Shown: positions 1-9,345 of the stretch, one piece after another
Layout: each line of letters starts with the position of its first letter
Position numbering within the stretch: the first letter of the stretch is position 1
From: Gammaproteobacteria bacterium
GTDB lineage: Bacteria; Pseudomonadota; Gammaproteobacteria; Arenicellales; JAANXG01
NCBI GenBank assembly: GCA_041641695.1
Contig: JBEPXV010000001.1
Coordinates: forward strand, 1 to 25,420
DNA: 25,420 nt
Direction of reading: 5' to 3'
Notes under the pieces: generated by a model
Database searches by the model: none
Told to the model about the DNA's origin: nothing
The model's input: only the letters and a program-made list of their open reading frames with translations
Made by a program: the position numbers and the translations under genes

Positions 1-11
1 TGCGATGAGCC

Positions 12-1829
12 ATGTCCCCCGAATACTTCACCAGTGACATCGCGCGGCATATCTGGGAAAGCCGCTACCGGCACCGCGACGGCGACGTCGTTCACGACCG
101 GTCGGTGAGCGATACCTGGCGGCGGGTCGCCCGGGCCCTGGCCGATGTCGAGGCGCACGACCGGGATGCCTGGGCGGACCGCTTCTATCACGCCCTGGAG
201 GACTTCCGCTTCCTGCCGGGCGGGCGCATCCTGGCCGGCAGCGGCACGGACCGGCGGGTGACATTGTTCAACTGCTTCGTCATGGGCCGCGTGGAGGACT
301 CACTGGACGGCATCTTCGACGCCCTGAAGGAAGGCGCCGTGACCATGCAGCAGGGCGGCGGCGTGGGCTATGACTTCTCCACGCTGCGCCCGGCCGGCAG
401 CCGGGCGCGCAGCGCGGGGAGAATCTCCTCCGGCCCGGTATCGTTCATGGAGATCTGGGACACGATGTGCGCAACCCTGCTGTCCACCGGCAGCCGACGC
501 GGCGCCATGATGGCCACCCTGCGCTGCGATCATCCCGATATCGAGGCGTTCATCGAGGCGAAACACGAGGAAGGCTCCCTGCGCCACTTCAACCTGTCCG
601 TGCTGATCACCGACGCGTTCATGGAGGCGGTGCACGATGACGCCGCCTGGCCCCTGGTGTTTCCCGACGGCGAGCTGGATAACGGCGAGACGGGCGAAAC
701 CATACAGCGGCGCTGGCCGGGGTCGAAAAGCCCCGTGCCCTGCCGCGTATTCCGCAGGGTCGCCGCCCGGGAGGTGTGGCAGCGGATCATGCGCGCCACC
801 TATGACTACGCCGAGCCCGGCGTCCTGTTCATCGACCGCATCAACCGGCTCAACAATCTCCGTTACCGGGAGGAGATCAGCGCGACCAATCCCTGTGGCG
901 AGATCCCCCTGCCCGCCTACGGCGCCTGCAATCTGGGGTCGATCAACCTGACAAGGTTCGTCGAGAGGCCGTTAAGGGGGGACGCCCGCTTCGACCGGGC
1001 CGGTTTCGAGGAAACCGTCAAGGTCGCGGTGCGCATGCTGGACAACGTGGTGGACGCATCGCAGTTGCCGCTGCCGCAGCAGGCGGCGCAGGCGCGGGGC
1101 TCGCGCCGCATCGGTCTCGGCATCACCGGGCTGGCCGACGCCCTGATCATGCTGGGACACGTTTACGGCGGGCAGCCGTCGCTGCAATTCGCGCACGGGA
1201 TCATGCAGATCCTCTGCCACACCGCGTATCGCACATCCATCGTCATCGCCCGGGAGAAAGGCGCTTTCCCGTTCCTGGAGCCGGCGTACGCCGACAGCGA
1301 GTTCGTGCGCGGCCTCCCGGAGGACATTCAGCGGGGGATACGCGAGGCCGGCATCCGTAACAGCCACCTTACCGCCATCGCGCCCACCGGCACCATCAGC
1401 CTGCTGGCGAACAACATCTCCAGCGGCCTGGAACCGGTGTTCGATTTCAGCTATCAGCGCCGGATCATGGATGAAGCGGGCCGGTCCCGGGAATACGAAA
1501 TAACGGATTACGCGTATCGTCTGTGGCAGGAACAAAACGGCGATCAGGCGCCGCCGCCGGAGTCCTTCGTGGACGCCCGAAACCTGGACCCGGAGACCCA
1601 CCTGGCCATGCAGGCCGCGATCCAGCCCTGCGTGGACAATGCCATCTCCAAGACCATCAACGTCCCTGAAAATTTCGCATTCGAGCGCTTCAAGACGCTC
1701 TACCAGTCAGCCTATGAGCAGGGTCTCAAAGGATGCACGACCTTCCGGGCCAACCCGGTCACGGGAGAAGTCCTGTCATCCGTCAAGGACAGCACCTTGT
1801 GCTGCAGTATCGAGCGGGAGGCCGATTGA
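12..1829 (+). CDS. nrdJ: Class II (adenosylcobalamin-dependent) ribonucleotide reductase, compact form without ATP cone
   Basis: 605 aa with FLPGGRIL, TLFNCFV, GGGVGYDFS, ATNPCGEIPL (radical Cys), GACNLGSINL, RRIGLGITGLAD, IAPTGTIS, SSGLEP and KGCTTFR motifs, plus a C-terminal CC pair. No NrdB-type small subunit lies downstream. Confidence 0.93.
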   Translation: MSPEYFTSDIARHIWESRYRHRDGDVVHDRSVSDTWRRVARALADVEAHDRDAWADRFYHALEDFRFLPGGRILAGSGTDRRVTLFNCFVMGRVEDSLDGIFDALKEGAVTMQQGGGVGYDFSTLRPAGSRARSAGRISSGPVSFMEIWDTMCATLLSTGSRRGAMMATLRCDHPDIEAFIEAKHEEGSLRHFNLSVLITDAFMEAVHDDAAWPLVFPDGELDNGETGETIQRRWPGSKSPVPCRVFRRVAAREVWQRIMRATYDYAEPGVLFIDRINRLNNLRYREEISATNPCGEIPLPAYGACNLGSINLTRFVERPLRGDARFDRAGFEETVKVAVRMLDNVVDASQLPLPQQAAQARGSRRIGLGITGLADALIMLGHVYGGQPSLQFAHGIMQILCHTAYRTSIVIAREKGAFPFLEPAYADSEFVRGLPEDIQRGIREAGIRNSHLTAIAPTGTISLLANNISSGLEPVFDFSYQRRIMDEAGRSREYEITDYAYRLWQEQNGDQAPPPESFVDARNLDPETHLAMQAAIQPCVDNAISKTINVPENFAFERFKTLYQSAYEQGLKGCTTFRANPVTGEVLSSVKDSTLCCSIEREAD

Positions 1830-1875
1830 TCCCGAACCGGCAGCCCGCGATTCGGACGGCCCGTCGCCTCGCCCC

Positions 1876-2457
1876 TTAAGAGCACGAGGCCGGATTGGCG
1901 GCGGCTTCGATGACCCCGCCCTGGCCACTGCTGTAGTCGACGAAGGCGACCCGGACTCCGGTACCCGGGGCGAGACTGGTGCAGTCGATCGTTGCCGATT
2001 GGGCCGGCGTGTCTATAGCCAGGGCAAACGCCGCAACGCTGGCACTGCTGTTGTTGTGGACGAACAGCTGATAGCGCTCGGTATCCAATGCTTCGCCGCA
2101 GGCGATGGAGGCGGTCTCGCCCCCCGGTGGCTCCGTAACATCGGCGCTGATCGAATGCGGCCCGCTGCTTTCTCCGGGACGCAGCAACGCGCCGCCCGGC
2201 AGCCGCAGGCTCAGATCAAGATCCACGTCATCGGCCCAGGTCAGGACCGCCGTCAGGTCATCGATGCACGGTCCGGGTTCGAGCGGCGCATCATGGGGAG
2301 GCTCCGCAGGCGTGTCTGCGTCCGACGTCTGCGCATGTGCCGGCAGCAACGCGGTTTCGACCACCGGAGTCAGCCATCGGTCGGGAAACGCAGCCGCGGC
2401 ACCACCGGTGCCCAGCATCAGTTTCAGTATCCGCCTGCGCGGAACGTCTTGTTTCAT
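1876..2457 (-). CDS. Tat-exported protein with a YfaP/DUF2135-like C-terminal domain
   Basis: N-terminus MKQDVPRRRILKLMLG has a twin-arginine motif, and AHA/QTS is a plausible cleavage site. The mature part contains LTWADDVDLDLSLRLPGG, resembling the W-x(3-5)-DLDL-x(4)-PxG motif of YfaP/DUF2135. Start placed at 2457 from GGGAG spacing (2463 is an alternative). Confidence 0.6.
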   Translation of the reverse strand: MKQDVPRRRILKLMLGTGGAAAAFPDRWLTPVVETALLPAHAQTSDADTPAEPPHDAPLEPGPCIDDLTAVLTWADDVDLDLSLRLPGGALLRPGESSGPHSISADVTEPPGGETASIACGEALDTERYQLFVHNNSSASVAAFALAIDTPAQSATIDCTSLAPGTGVRVAFVDYSSGQGGVIEAAANPASCS

Positions 2458-2742
2458 GAGCATGTTCTCCCGTGGGATTCTGGTTTTTGATTTGCAGACA
2501 ATCGCTCGTCACATGAGTACATCGATGACCGGCGTGCCCGGATCAGTCCCGTGGTCATTGGAAAAACACACCGCCACTGCCAGGACCTGGAACCGATTCC
2601 GGGAGACCGAAGCGGAGCGATTGTAATCAGGCGGGGGGGAAAGAAAACCGCGGGGCGTTGCCCGAGTGTTTCCGGTTTGTATTCGACGGATTATGAATGG
2701 AGTCGGCGTCGTGCCGACATGTCCTTCGGAATGAATTCCGCG

Positions 2743-3840
2743 CTACGGGCGCGGTCTTCCGCCGATCCAGCCCTTGCGGCGGAAGTAATAGAGCAGCCCC
2801 ACAGCCACCAACAGCATTATGGCGAGGGCGAAGGGATAGCCGAGGTACCACTGCAGCTCGGGCATGTTCAACGGTGAAGCCGCCGGGTCGAAGTTCATGC
2901 CGTAGACGCCGGCGATGAAGCTCAGGGGGATGAATATCGTCGCGATGATGGTGAGCACCTTCATCACTTCGTTCATCCGGTTTGACAGGCTGGACAGGTA
3001 CAGGTCGGTGAGGCCCGCGGCCCGCTCACGGAACGTTTCCAGAATATCGACGATCTGAATCACGTGGTCGTGGCAGTCGCGCAGAAAGTAGCGCGTTTCA
3101 TCGCGGATCAACGGCATGTCACCGGACAGGTCGCGGAGCGCCTCCCGGAACGGCCAGATGCCGTGCCGCAGCACCTGGAAGTCCCGCTTCAGCCCGTGAA
3201 TCTGCTCGACGGTCTGGTGGTCGGGCGCCACGACCACGATGTCTTCCGCGTCGTTCAGGCGTTCGCTGTAATGCTCCAGGACCGGGAAATACGCGTCGAC
3301 GATGGCATCTATCAGGGCGTAGGCGAGGTAGTCCGGGCCCATGAAGCGCACGCGCGTGCCGCCCTTGCGTATCCGCTCGCGAACGGGCTCCAGGCAGTCC
3401 CCGGGCCGCTCCTGGAACGACACCACGAAACGACCGCCCAGAAACAAGCTGACCTGCTCGATATCCAGGGCGTCGTCCCTGATGCGCGCCATGCGGGTCA
3501 CGACGAACAGGTTGTCGTCGTATGCTTCCGCCTTCGGCCGGTGACGCGTGTTCAGTACGTCCTCGAGGGCCAGGGTGTGCAGCTCGAAGATCTCCCCCAG
3601 TCTCTTCAGCAGCTCGACGTCGCCTAGGCCGTCGACATTCACCCAGACCACGTCGTACCGGTCCAGCAATGAACGAATATCGTCCGGGTCCTTCAAGGTC
3701 AGCTCCACAAGCTGGGTCCGGTCGTAGGCCATGATGCTGATCACCGGCTCGGGCGCCCCTTCCGGCTCGATCAGCGTACCAGGGGCCACCGCCTGGTGGT
3801 CCACCTTCTTCTGGCTGAAAAGCCGGTGGTGTCCGCTCAT
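2743..3840 (-). CDS. corA: Magnesium/cobalt transporter CorA
   Basis: 365 aa with the GVYGMNF signature, MPEL loop, two C-terminal TM helices, and LHTLALEDVLNTRHRPK, SNRMNEVMKVLT. Confidence 0.95.
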   Translation of the reverse strand: MSGHHRLFSQKKVDHQAVAPGTLIEPEGAPEPVISIMAYDRTQLVELTLKDPDDIRSLLDRYDVVWVNVDGLGDVELLKRLGEIFELHTLALEDVLNTRHRPKAEAYDDNLFVVTRMARIRDDALDIEQVSLFLGGRFVVSFQERPGDCLEPVRERIRKGGTRVRFMGPDYLAYALIDAIVDAYFPVLEHYSERLNDAEDIVVVAPDHQTVEQIHGLKRDFQVLRHGIWPFREALRDLSGDMPLIRDETRYFLRDCHDHVIQIVDILETFRERAAGLTDLYLSSLSNRMNEVMKVLTIIATIFIPLSFIAGVYGMNFDPAASPLNMPELQWYLGYPFALAIMLLVAVGLLYYFRRKGWIGGRPRP

Positions 3841-3860
3841 GGGCGACTGGTTGGATGCAA

Positions 3861-4067
3861 TCAGTCAGTGCCCGCCCCGGACCGGGGCGCAGCGGATCGC
3901 TCCCGCCACATGCGCTGCAGGAACTCCTCGTCGGAAGGGGAAAGATCGAAGCGCCGGCAGGCCTCCTCGACCACGGCAGGGTCGTTGCACCGCTGCTGGG
4001 CGAGCCAGGCGACGGCCCGCCCCAGCCGCTCCCGGTGCGGGATCAGCGCTTCACCCCGGGCGGGCAT
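3861..4067 (-). CDS. Small conserved hypothetical protein (68 aa)
   Basis: ORF between fba and corA on the same strand. The sequence RAVAWLAQQ...VVEEACRRFDLSPSDEEFL resembles a small helical hypothetical family I recall from proteobacteria. Start placed at the internal ATG (4067). Confidence 0.6.
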   Translation of the reverse strand: MPARGEALIPHRERLGRAVAWLAQQRCNDPAVVEEACRRFDLSPSDEEFLQRMWRERSAAPRSGAGTD

Positions 4068-4124
4068 CCGGCTGTCCGTCCCGGCTCCGCAGCACGACGC
4101 TCGTGCCGCCGGATGGCGCACGGA

Positions 4125-5147
4125 TCACGCTGCCGCTTCCATGGCGCTGCTGTACTCGCCGTTGCGCGCCGCGCTGTTGAGCCTGGCCCGCTCATAGAAC
4201 GCCGCTTGCGCCCGGCTCGCATTGGCGGGATCGCCCTTCCACGCCTGCAGGGTCGTCTCCTGCAGCGCCCGCCCATACGAGAAGCTGAGCTCCCAGGGCC
4301 GGTGGGGCTGCTGGTTGATCGCATTGAGATTGGCCGTGGCCTCCTCGGGGGACTGGCCGCCGGACAGGAAGTTGATGGTCGGAACCGCCGCCGGGACGGT
4401 ACGCAGAAGCACCCGGAGCGTCCACTCGGCGACCTCTGCGGGCCCCGCCTGGTGGGCGCTCTCCTTACCGGAGATCACCATGTTTGGCTTGAGCACCATG
4501 TGCTCCAGGGTGACCCGGTGGCGGTGCAGCGCGTGGAAGACCTCGTTCTGGACCGCCTCGGTGACCTCGGCGCAGCGCTCGATGTCGTGGCCACCGTCCA
4601 TCAACACCTCGGGCTCGACGATGGGCACGATGCCCTGCGCCTGGCAGATGGCGGCGTACCGCGCCAGCACCTCGGCATTGGCTTCCACGGCCAGCCGGCT
4701 CGGCAGCGTATCGGAGATGTGATACACGCAGCGCCACTTCGCGAAGCGCGCTCCCTGTTCTTTGTAGCCCTTCAGACGGTCGTCCAGGTCATCGAGCCCC
4801 CCGGTAATCTCGTCGCCCGGCGCCCCGGCCAGAGGGCCCTTGCCCTTGTCCACCTTGATACCCGGCACGACGCCCCGGGCGGCGGCCAGCTCCGGCAGCG
4901 GCGTGCCGTCATCGGCTTTCTGGCCCAGTGTCTCCTCGAACATGATCACGCCGCTGACGAACTCGCCGATGCCCTCCGTCGACAGCAGCAGGGAACGGTA
5001 GCTGCGCCGATTCTCCTCTGTGGACTCCACGTCGACGGCTTTCAGCCGCTTGGCCATGGTGGGATTACTCTCGTCGGCGGCCAGTATGCCCTTGCCCTTC
5101 CGGGCGAGCTCGTCGACCGTGGCCTGAAGCTCGTCTTGTACGCTCAT
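4125..5147 (-). CDS. Fructose-bisphosphate aldolase class I (animal/plant-type family)
   Basis: Motifs GILAADES, PGIKVDKG, FAKWRCV, PIVEPEV, LKPNMV (Schiff-base Lys), FLSGGQS, SFSYGRALQ. GGAGG precedes the ATG at 5147. Confidence 0.95.
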   Translation of the reverse strand: MSVQDELQATVDELARKGKGILAADESNPTMAKRLKAVDVESTEENRRSYRSLLLSTEGIGEFVSGVIMFEETLGQKADDGTPLPELAAARGVVPGIKVDKGKGPLAGAPGDEITGGLDDLDDRLKGYKEQGARFAKWRCVYHISDTLPSRLAVEANAEVLARYAAICQAQGIVPIVEPEVLMDGGHDIERCAEVTEAVQNEVFHALHRHRVTLEHMVLKPNMVISGKESAHQAGPAEVAEWTLRVLLRTVPAAVPTINFLSGGQSPEEATANLNAINQQPHRPWELSFSYGRALQETTLQAWKGDPANASRAQAAFYERARLNSAARNGEYSSAMEAAA

Positions 5148-5185
5148 TGGTTCCTCCGTCGGATCGCGGTCAAGCATTTCCCGGT

Positions 5186-5191
5186 ATTATA
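5186..5191 (-). promoter_or_regulatory. Candidate sigma70 -10 element for the aldolase gene
   Basis: Exact TATAAT on the minus strand about 39 nt upstream of the ATG in a GC-rich background. No good -35 at canonical spacing. Confidence 0.4.
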
Positions 5192-5225
5192 AACGCCCGG
5201 TCCATACGGGGAGGCAATAAAGCCC

Positions 5226-6062
5226 TCAGTGCGACATCAGCACCGGCACCGTCATGGATTCCAGGATCTCGCGCGTGGCGCCGCCCAGCACCAGCTCCCG
5301 GTAGCGGGAGTGGCCGTAGGCGCCCATGACGATCAAGTCCGCCTGCTGGTCCGAGGCCCGCGACAGCAGCATTTCCCCCACCGAGATATCCTCGGACTCG
5401 ATGTGCGCCGCCTCGGCCTTGACCTGGTGGCGGGCGAGATGCAGGGAGATATCAGCGCCCGGCAGGTCACCGTCGCCGGCCGGCCCCTTGCGCGGATTGA
5501 TGGAAAGGACCCGCACGGACCTGGCCACTTCGAGCAGCGCCATGGCGTCGTGGACGGCGCGCATCGCCTCGCGGCTGGCGTCCCAGGCCACCAGCACGCG
5601 CTCGCCGAAGCTCTCGGGCGCGCCGATGTAGGGAATCAACAGCACCGGGCGGCCGACATCCAGAAGCACCTGCTCCACGACCCCCTGGCTCACCGACCAT
5701 TGATCGGACGGGTTCGCCTGGCCGAGTATCAGGAGATCCACGTACCGGGCATGAAGCGACAATGTCCGCGTGAGCCCGCCCTCGACGAGCCGCCACTCGG
5801 TCGTAACGCCGGCCCGGTCGGCCGCGTCCTTGAATGCCTTTTTCGCCTCCTCGGACTTCTCGAGCGCCACCCGCCGCTGCTCTTCGAGGATGTCCCCGGG
5901 AATATGGGCCTCGGTATAGGCCGGCATCACGGTCTGGTCCGGTGCGACGTAAAGTCCGGTCAAATGGGCATCATGGGCGGCCGCGAGCCGCAATGCGGCA
6001 TCCACGCGCCCGGCGTTGGCCTTGCTGCTATCGACGTGCACCAACAGGTCTTTCAGTGCCAT
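5226..6062 (-). CDS. Universal stress protein, tandem UspA domains (278 aa)
   Basis: Starts MALKDLLVHVD. Contains YVDLLILGQ, GRPVLLIP, RVLVAWDASREA, ADLIVMGAYGHSR and VPVLMSH. AAGGAG precedes the ATG at 6062. Confidence 0.95.
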   Translation of the reverse strand: MALKDLLVHVDSSKANAGRVDAALRLAAAHDAHLTGLYVAPDQTVMPAYTEAHIPGDILEEQRRVALEKSEEAKKAFKDAADRAGVTTEWRLVEGGLTRTLSLHARYVDLLILGQANPSDQWSVSQGVVEQVLLDVGRPVLLIPYIGAPESFGERVLVAWDASREAMRAVHDAMALLEVARSVRVLSINPRKGPAGDGDLPGADISLHLARHQVKAEAAHIESEDISVGEMLLSRASDQQADLIVMGAYGHSRYRELVLGGATREILESMTVPVLMSH

Positions 6063-6170
6063 GGGAGGGCTCTCCTTCTCTTCTGTGAGCGCGCTACGGG
6101 CGCGACGATTTGAATATGCTGCCGACCAGGCGGCAGTGTTTGATTGTCCCGGCCCGGACCCGCGCGGACA

Positions 6171-6184
6171 TTGATCTGGATCAA
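6171..6184. promoter_or_regulatory. FNR/Anr-type binding site (perfect) for the usp gene
   Basis: TTGATCTGGATCAA matches TTGAT-N4-ATCAA exactly. A -10-like GACAAT (minus strand, 6143-6148) places the box centre at -41.5. Confidence 0.85.
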
Positions 6185-6212
6185 TCATGCGCCCGGGGCC
6201 GGTGCCCGGGAG

Positions 6213-9200
6213 TCATGTCCCGCCGTCCGCGCCGCGCCGCTCGGCGAGCATCAGCAAGCACGGCGTCAGGAACAGAGTCAACACCGTCGCCAGCGCGAGG
6301 CCGCCGGCGATGCCGCTCGACAACTGGGTCCACCATTGGGACGACGGCGCCCCGTAGGCGATATCGCGTCCTACCAGATCGACGGTGAGCGTGAGCACCA
6401 TCGGCATCAGGCCGAGAATGGTGGTCGCCGAGGTCAGTATAACCGGTCGGCGCCTCTGCATGGCGGTCCGCAGCACGGCGGTGCGCAGGTCCGTGCCGCG
6501 CGCCCGGTAGCGGTTGAACGTGTCGATCAGAACGATGTTGTTGTTGACCACCACCCCCGCCAGCGCGATCACCGCGACACCGCCCATAACCACGCCGAAG
6601 GCCTGGCCGGTGATCAACAGGCCGATCAGCACGCCGGCGGTAGAAAATACGATGGCGCTCAGGATGATTCCGGTCTGGGCGAAGCTGTTGAACTGCGTCA
6701 CCAGTACGATGAGCATGATGAAGATCGCCGCCGCGAACGCTTTTGACAGGAAAGCCGAGGCCTCATCCATCTCCTCGGCTTCCCCCTTGAACCGGACCTG
6801 GAGCCCGGCCGGCAGCCCGGCTTCCGGCAGGGCCGCGCGGATACGCCCCACCTGGTCGTCCGGCAGACGGCCGGCTGCCACGTCCGCCTTGATGGTCATG
6901 ACCCGCCGCCCGTCGACCCGGCGGATGGAGCCGGTCTTGGGTGCCGGCCGGAAGCTTACGAAGTTGCTGATCGGCACCTGGCCCACCCTGGTGGGCACAC
7001 GCAGCTCATCGAGCTGATCCAGGGTGCGCTCGTCGTAGGGAAAGCGGATACGTATATCGACGGCTTCGTCCGCATCCTCGGGGCGATACTCGCCGAGATT
7101 GATCCCCGCCGTGAGCATGCGCACCGACTGGCCGAGCAGCAGAACATCCGCACCGAATCGCGCCGCCGACTCGCGGTCGACTTCCAGGCGCCACTCGATG
7201 CCCGGCAGGGGCCGGGAGTCCTCGACGTCCACGAAGCCGTCCAGCTCCGTCATCAGGCCGCGGAGCCGCTCGATGCCCGCTTCGATGTCCCCGAGGTTCT
7301 CGCCGCGGACCTCGATCTGTACCGGCTTGCCGGTGGGCGGCCCCGATTCCTGCTCCGCCACCTGGACCACCACGCCCGGGGCGCGCGAGGCCCGATGGCG
7401 GATGTCGGCGATGATCTCGTCGGCGGGACGGCGCTGCCGCCAGTGCTCGAAATCGAATTGAATGAGACCTATGGTATCGATGGGCAGAAAATCCTCTACG
7501 CCCCGCGTCGTGCCCATGGTACGGGCGTAAACTGTTTCTACGCCCGGAACGCCGGACACGCGCCGCTCGAGGTCGCGCACCAGCTCGTCCTTCTCCCACA
7601 CGGACAGATCGCCGCGCGCCCGTACCTGCGCCTGAGCGAGCTCCGGCTCGATGTCCGGGAAGAACTCCACGCCACGGCCAAGCTCGGCATAGGCCAGGTA
7701 AACACCCACCAGCACAAGGACCGCAACGACCAGCACCGCCCGGGGCCGGCGCAGCAGACCGGCGAGCGCGCGGTAGTACAGGCCGGTTTCCGGGATGCGC
7801 TCGTCTAGGTCGGTATCGAAGTCCGCTTCCCGTGGGCCGTCATTGCCGGACGCACCGGCATCTCTCCCGCGCGCTATGGCCGCGCCGATCACCGGGACGA
7901 AAATCAGCGCCATGAGGAGCGACGCCAGCAGCGTGACCAGAACGGTGACGGGCAGGTATTTCATGAAATCGCCGACGATCCCGGGCCAGAACAACAGCGG
8001 CACGAACACCGACAGGGTCGTCGCGATGGACGCCGTGATCGGCCAGGCCATGCGCCGGGACGCGGACTCGAAAGCGAGGCGCGGCGGCATGCCGGCATCC
8101 ACGCGCCGGTCGGCCTGCTCCACCACAATGATGGCGCCGTCCACCAGCATGCCCACCACCAGGATCAGGCTGAACAGGGCGATGATGTTCAGTGTATAGC
8201 CCATCGAGTACAGCGCCAGGATGCCGGCCAGGAAAGCGCCCGGGATGGCGAGCCCCACCAGCAGGCCCGCCCGGAGACCCAGGACCGCCACGATCACCAG
8301 CATCACCAGCACCACGGCGGTGAGCACGTTGTTCTCCAGCTCACCCACGACCTGCCTGATGTCCTCGGACTGGTCCTGCAGGTAGGTCACGCGGATCCTG
8401 CCGCCCCAGCGCTGCTGCTGAGTTTCGATGATGTCCCGAGCGCGGTCCACGGTATCGATGATGTTCGCGCCGACGCGCTTCTTTATCTCGAGGGCCACCG
8501 AGGGCTCCCCGTTGACCCGCGCGAAGCCGTCCGGGGTCTTGAAGGTTCGGCGCACGGTGGCCACGTCGCCGAACGTCACCACGCGGCCGTCCACGGTCTT
8601 GAGAGGCAGCGAGAACACGTCCTCGCGCGACTCGATGACACCCGGAACCTTCAGAGCGATCTCGCCGGCCCGCGTCTCCAGCATACCGGCGGCCACCAGG
8701 CGATTGTTTCGCTGCAGGGTGCTCACCACCTCCTCGAAGGAAAGCTGGTAGGTCTGGAGCACCGTCGGGTCCACCAGGATCTCCATGACCTCCTCGCGGT
8801 CGCCGCCGATATCCACCTCCAGCACGCCGGGCAGGCCTTCCAGCCGGTCGCGCAGGTCCCTGGCGGCGGCGATCAGCCGGCGCTCCGGCACGTTGCCGGA
8901 CAATGCGGCCGTCACCACGGGGAAAAGCGCGATGTTCACTTCGCTGACGATCGGCTCCTCGGTGTCGGCGGGCAGCTCGCCGCGCACATTGTCCACCCGC
9001 TCGCGCACGTCGGTGAGCGCCTGGTCGGCATCGAAGCCGGCGCCGAACTCTAGGGTGATCGTCGCATAGCCCTCGGCGGCCAGTGAGCGCATCTCGTCAA
9101 CGCCCTCGATCGCCTGCAATTCTGTTTCCATTGGCCGCAGGAGCAGCCGTTCGGCGTCGTCCGGGGCGATGCCCTCGTGGATCATCGACACATTGATGAT

Positions 9201-9332
9201 GGGAATGTCCACGTCCGGCGCCGCTTCCTTGGCGATTCCGAAGTAGGAGAGGGCCCCGGTGATCAGGACGAATGCCAGCAGCAGAATCACCGTGCGGCTG
9301 CGGGAGAACGCAGCGCTGATCAGCAGTTTCAT
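6213..9332 (-). CDS. RND efflux transporter permease, AcrB/AcrD/AcrF family
   Basis: About 1039 aa with two TM bundles and two large periplasmic loops. Motifs include EAAPDVDIP, GMLVDGAIIVVE, FWPGIVGDFM, RRRPVILTSATTILGLMP. Start placed at MKLLIS (9332). Confidence 0.93.
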   Translation of the reverse strand: MKLLISAAFSRSRTVILLLAFVLITGALSYFGIAKEAAPDVDIPIINVSMIHEGIAPDDAERLLLRPMETELQAIEGVDEMRSLAAEGYATITLEFGAGFDADQALTDVRERVDNVRGELPADTEEPIVSEVNIALFPVVTAALSGNVPERRLIAAARDLRDRLEGLPGVLEVDIGGDREEVMEILVDPTVLQTYQLSFEEVVSTLQRNNRLVAAGMLETRAGEIALKVPGVIESREDVFSLPLKTVDGRVVTFGDVATVRRTFKTPDGFARVNGEPSVALEIKKRVGANIIDTVDRARDIIETQQQRWGGRIRVTYLQDQSEDIRQVVGELENNVLTAVVLVMLVIVAVLGLRAGLLVGLAIPGAFLAGILALYSMGYTLNIIALFSLILVVGMLVDGAIIVVEQADRRVDAGMPPRLAFESASRRMAWPITASIATTLSVFVPLLFWPGIVGDFMKYLPVTVLVTLLASLLMALIFVPVIGAAIARGRDAGASGNDGPREADFDTDLDERIPETGLYYRALAGLLRRPRAVLVVAVLVLVGVYLAYAELGRGVEFFPDIEPELAQAQVRARGDLSVWEKDELVRDLERRVSGVPGVETVYARTMGTTRGVEDFLPIDTIGLIQFDFEHWRQRRPADEIIADIRHRASRAPGVVVQVAEQESGPPTGKPVQIEVRGENLGDIEAGIERLRGLMTELDGFVDVEDSRPLPGIEWRLEVDRESAARFGADVLLLGQSVRMLTAGINLGEYRPEDADEAVDIRIRFPYDERTLDQLDELRVPTRVGQVPISNFVSFRPAPKTGSIRRVDGRRVMTIKADVAAGRLPDDQVGRIRAALPEAGLPAGLQVRFKGEAEEMDEASAFLSKAFAAAIFIMLIVLVTQFNSFAQTGIILSAIVFSTAGVLIGLLITGQAFGVVMGGVAVIALAGVVVNNNIVLIDTFNRYRARGTDLRTAVLRTAMQRRRPVILTSATTILGLMPMVLTLTVDLVGRDIAYGAPSSQWWTQLSSGIAGGLALATVLTLFLTPCLLMLAERRGADGGT

Positions 9333-9345
9333 CGCGGCCGAGCGA

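Noticed and set aside
5160-5173. Degenerate FNR-like site CGGATCGCGGTCAA before the aldolase gene
   Set aside because: It has three mismatches and lies downstream of the candidate -10, so it is not distinguishable from chance.
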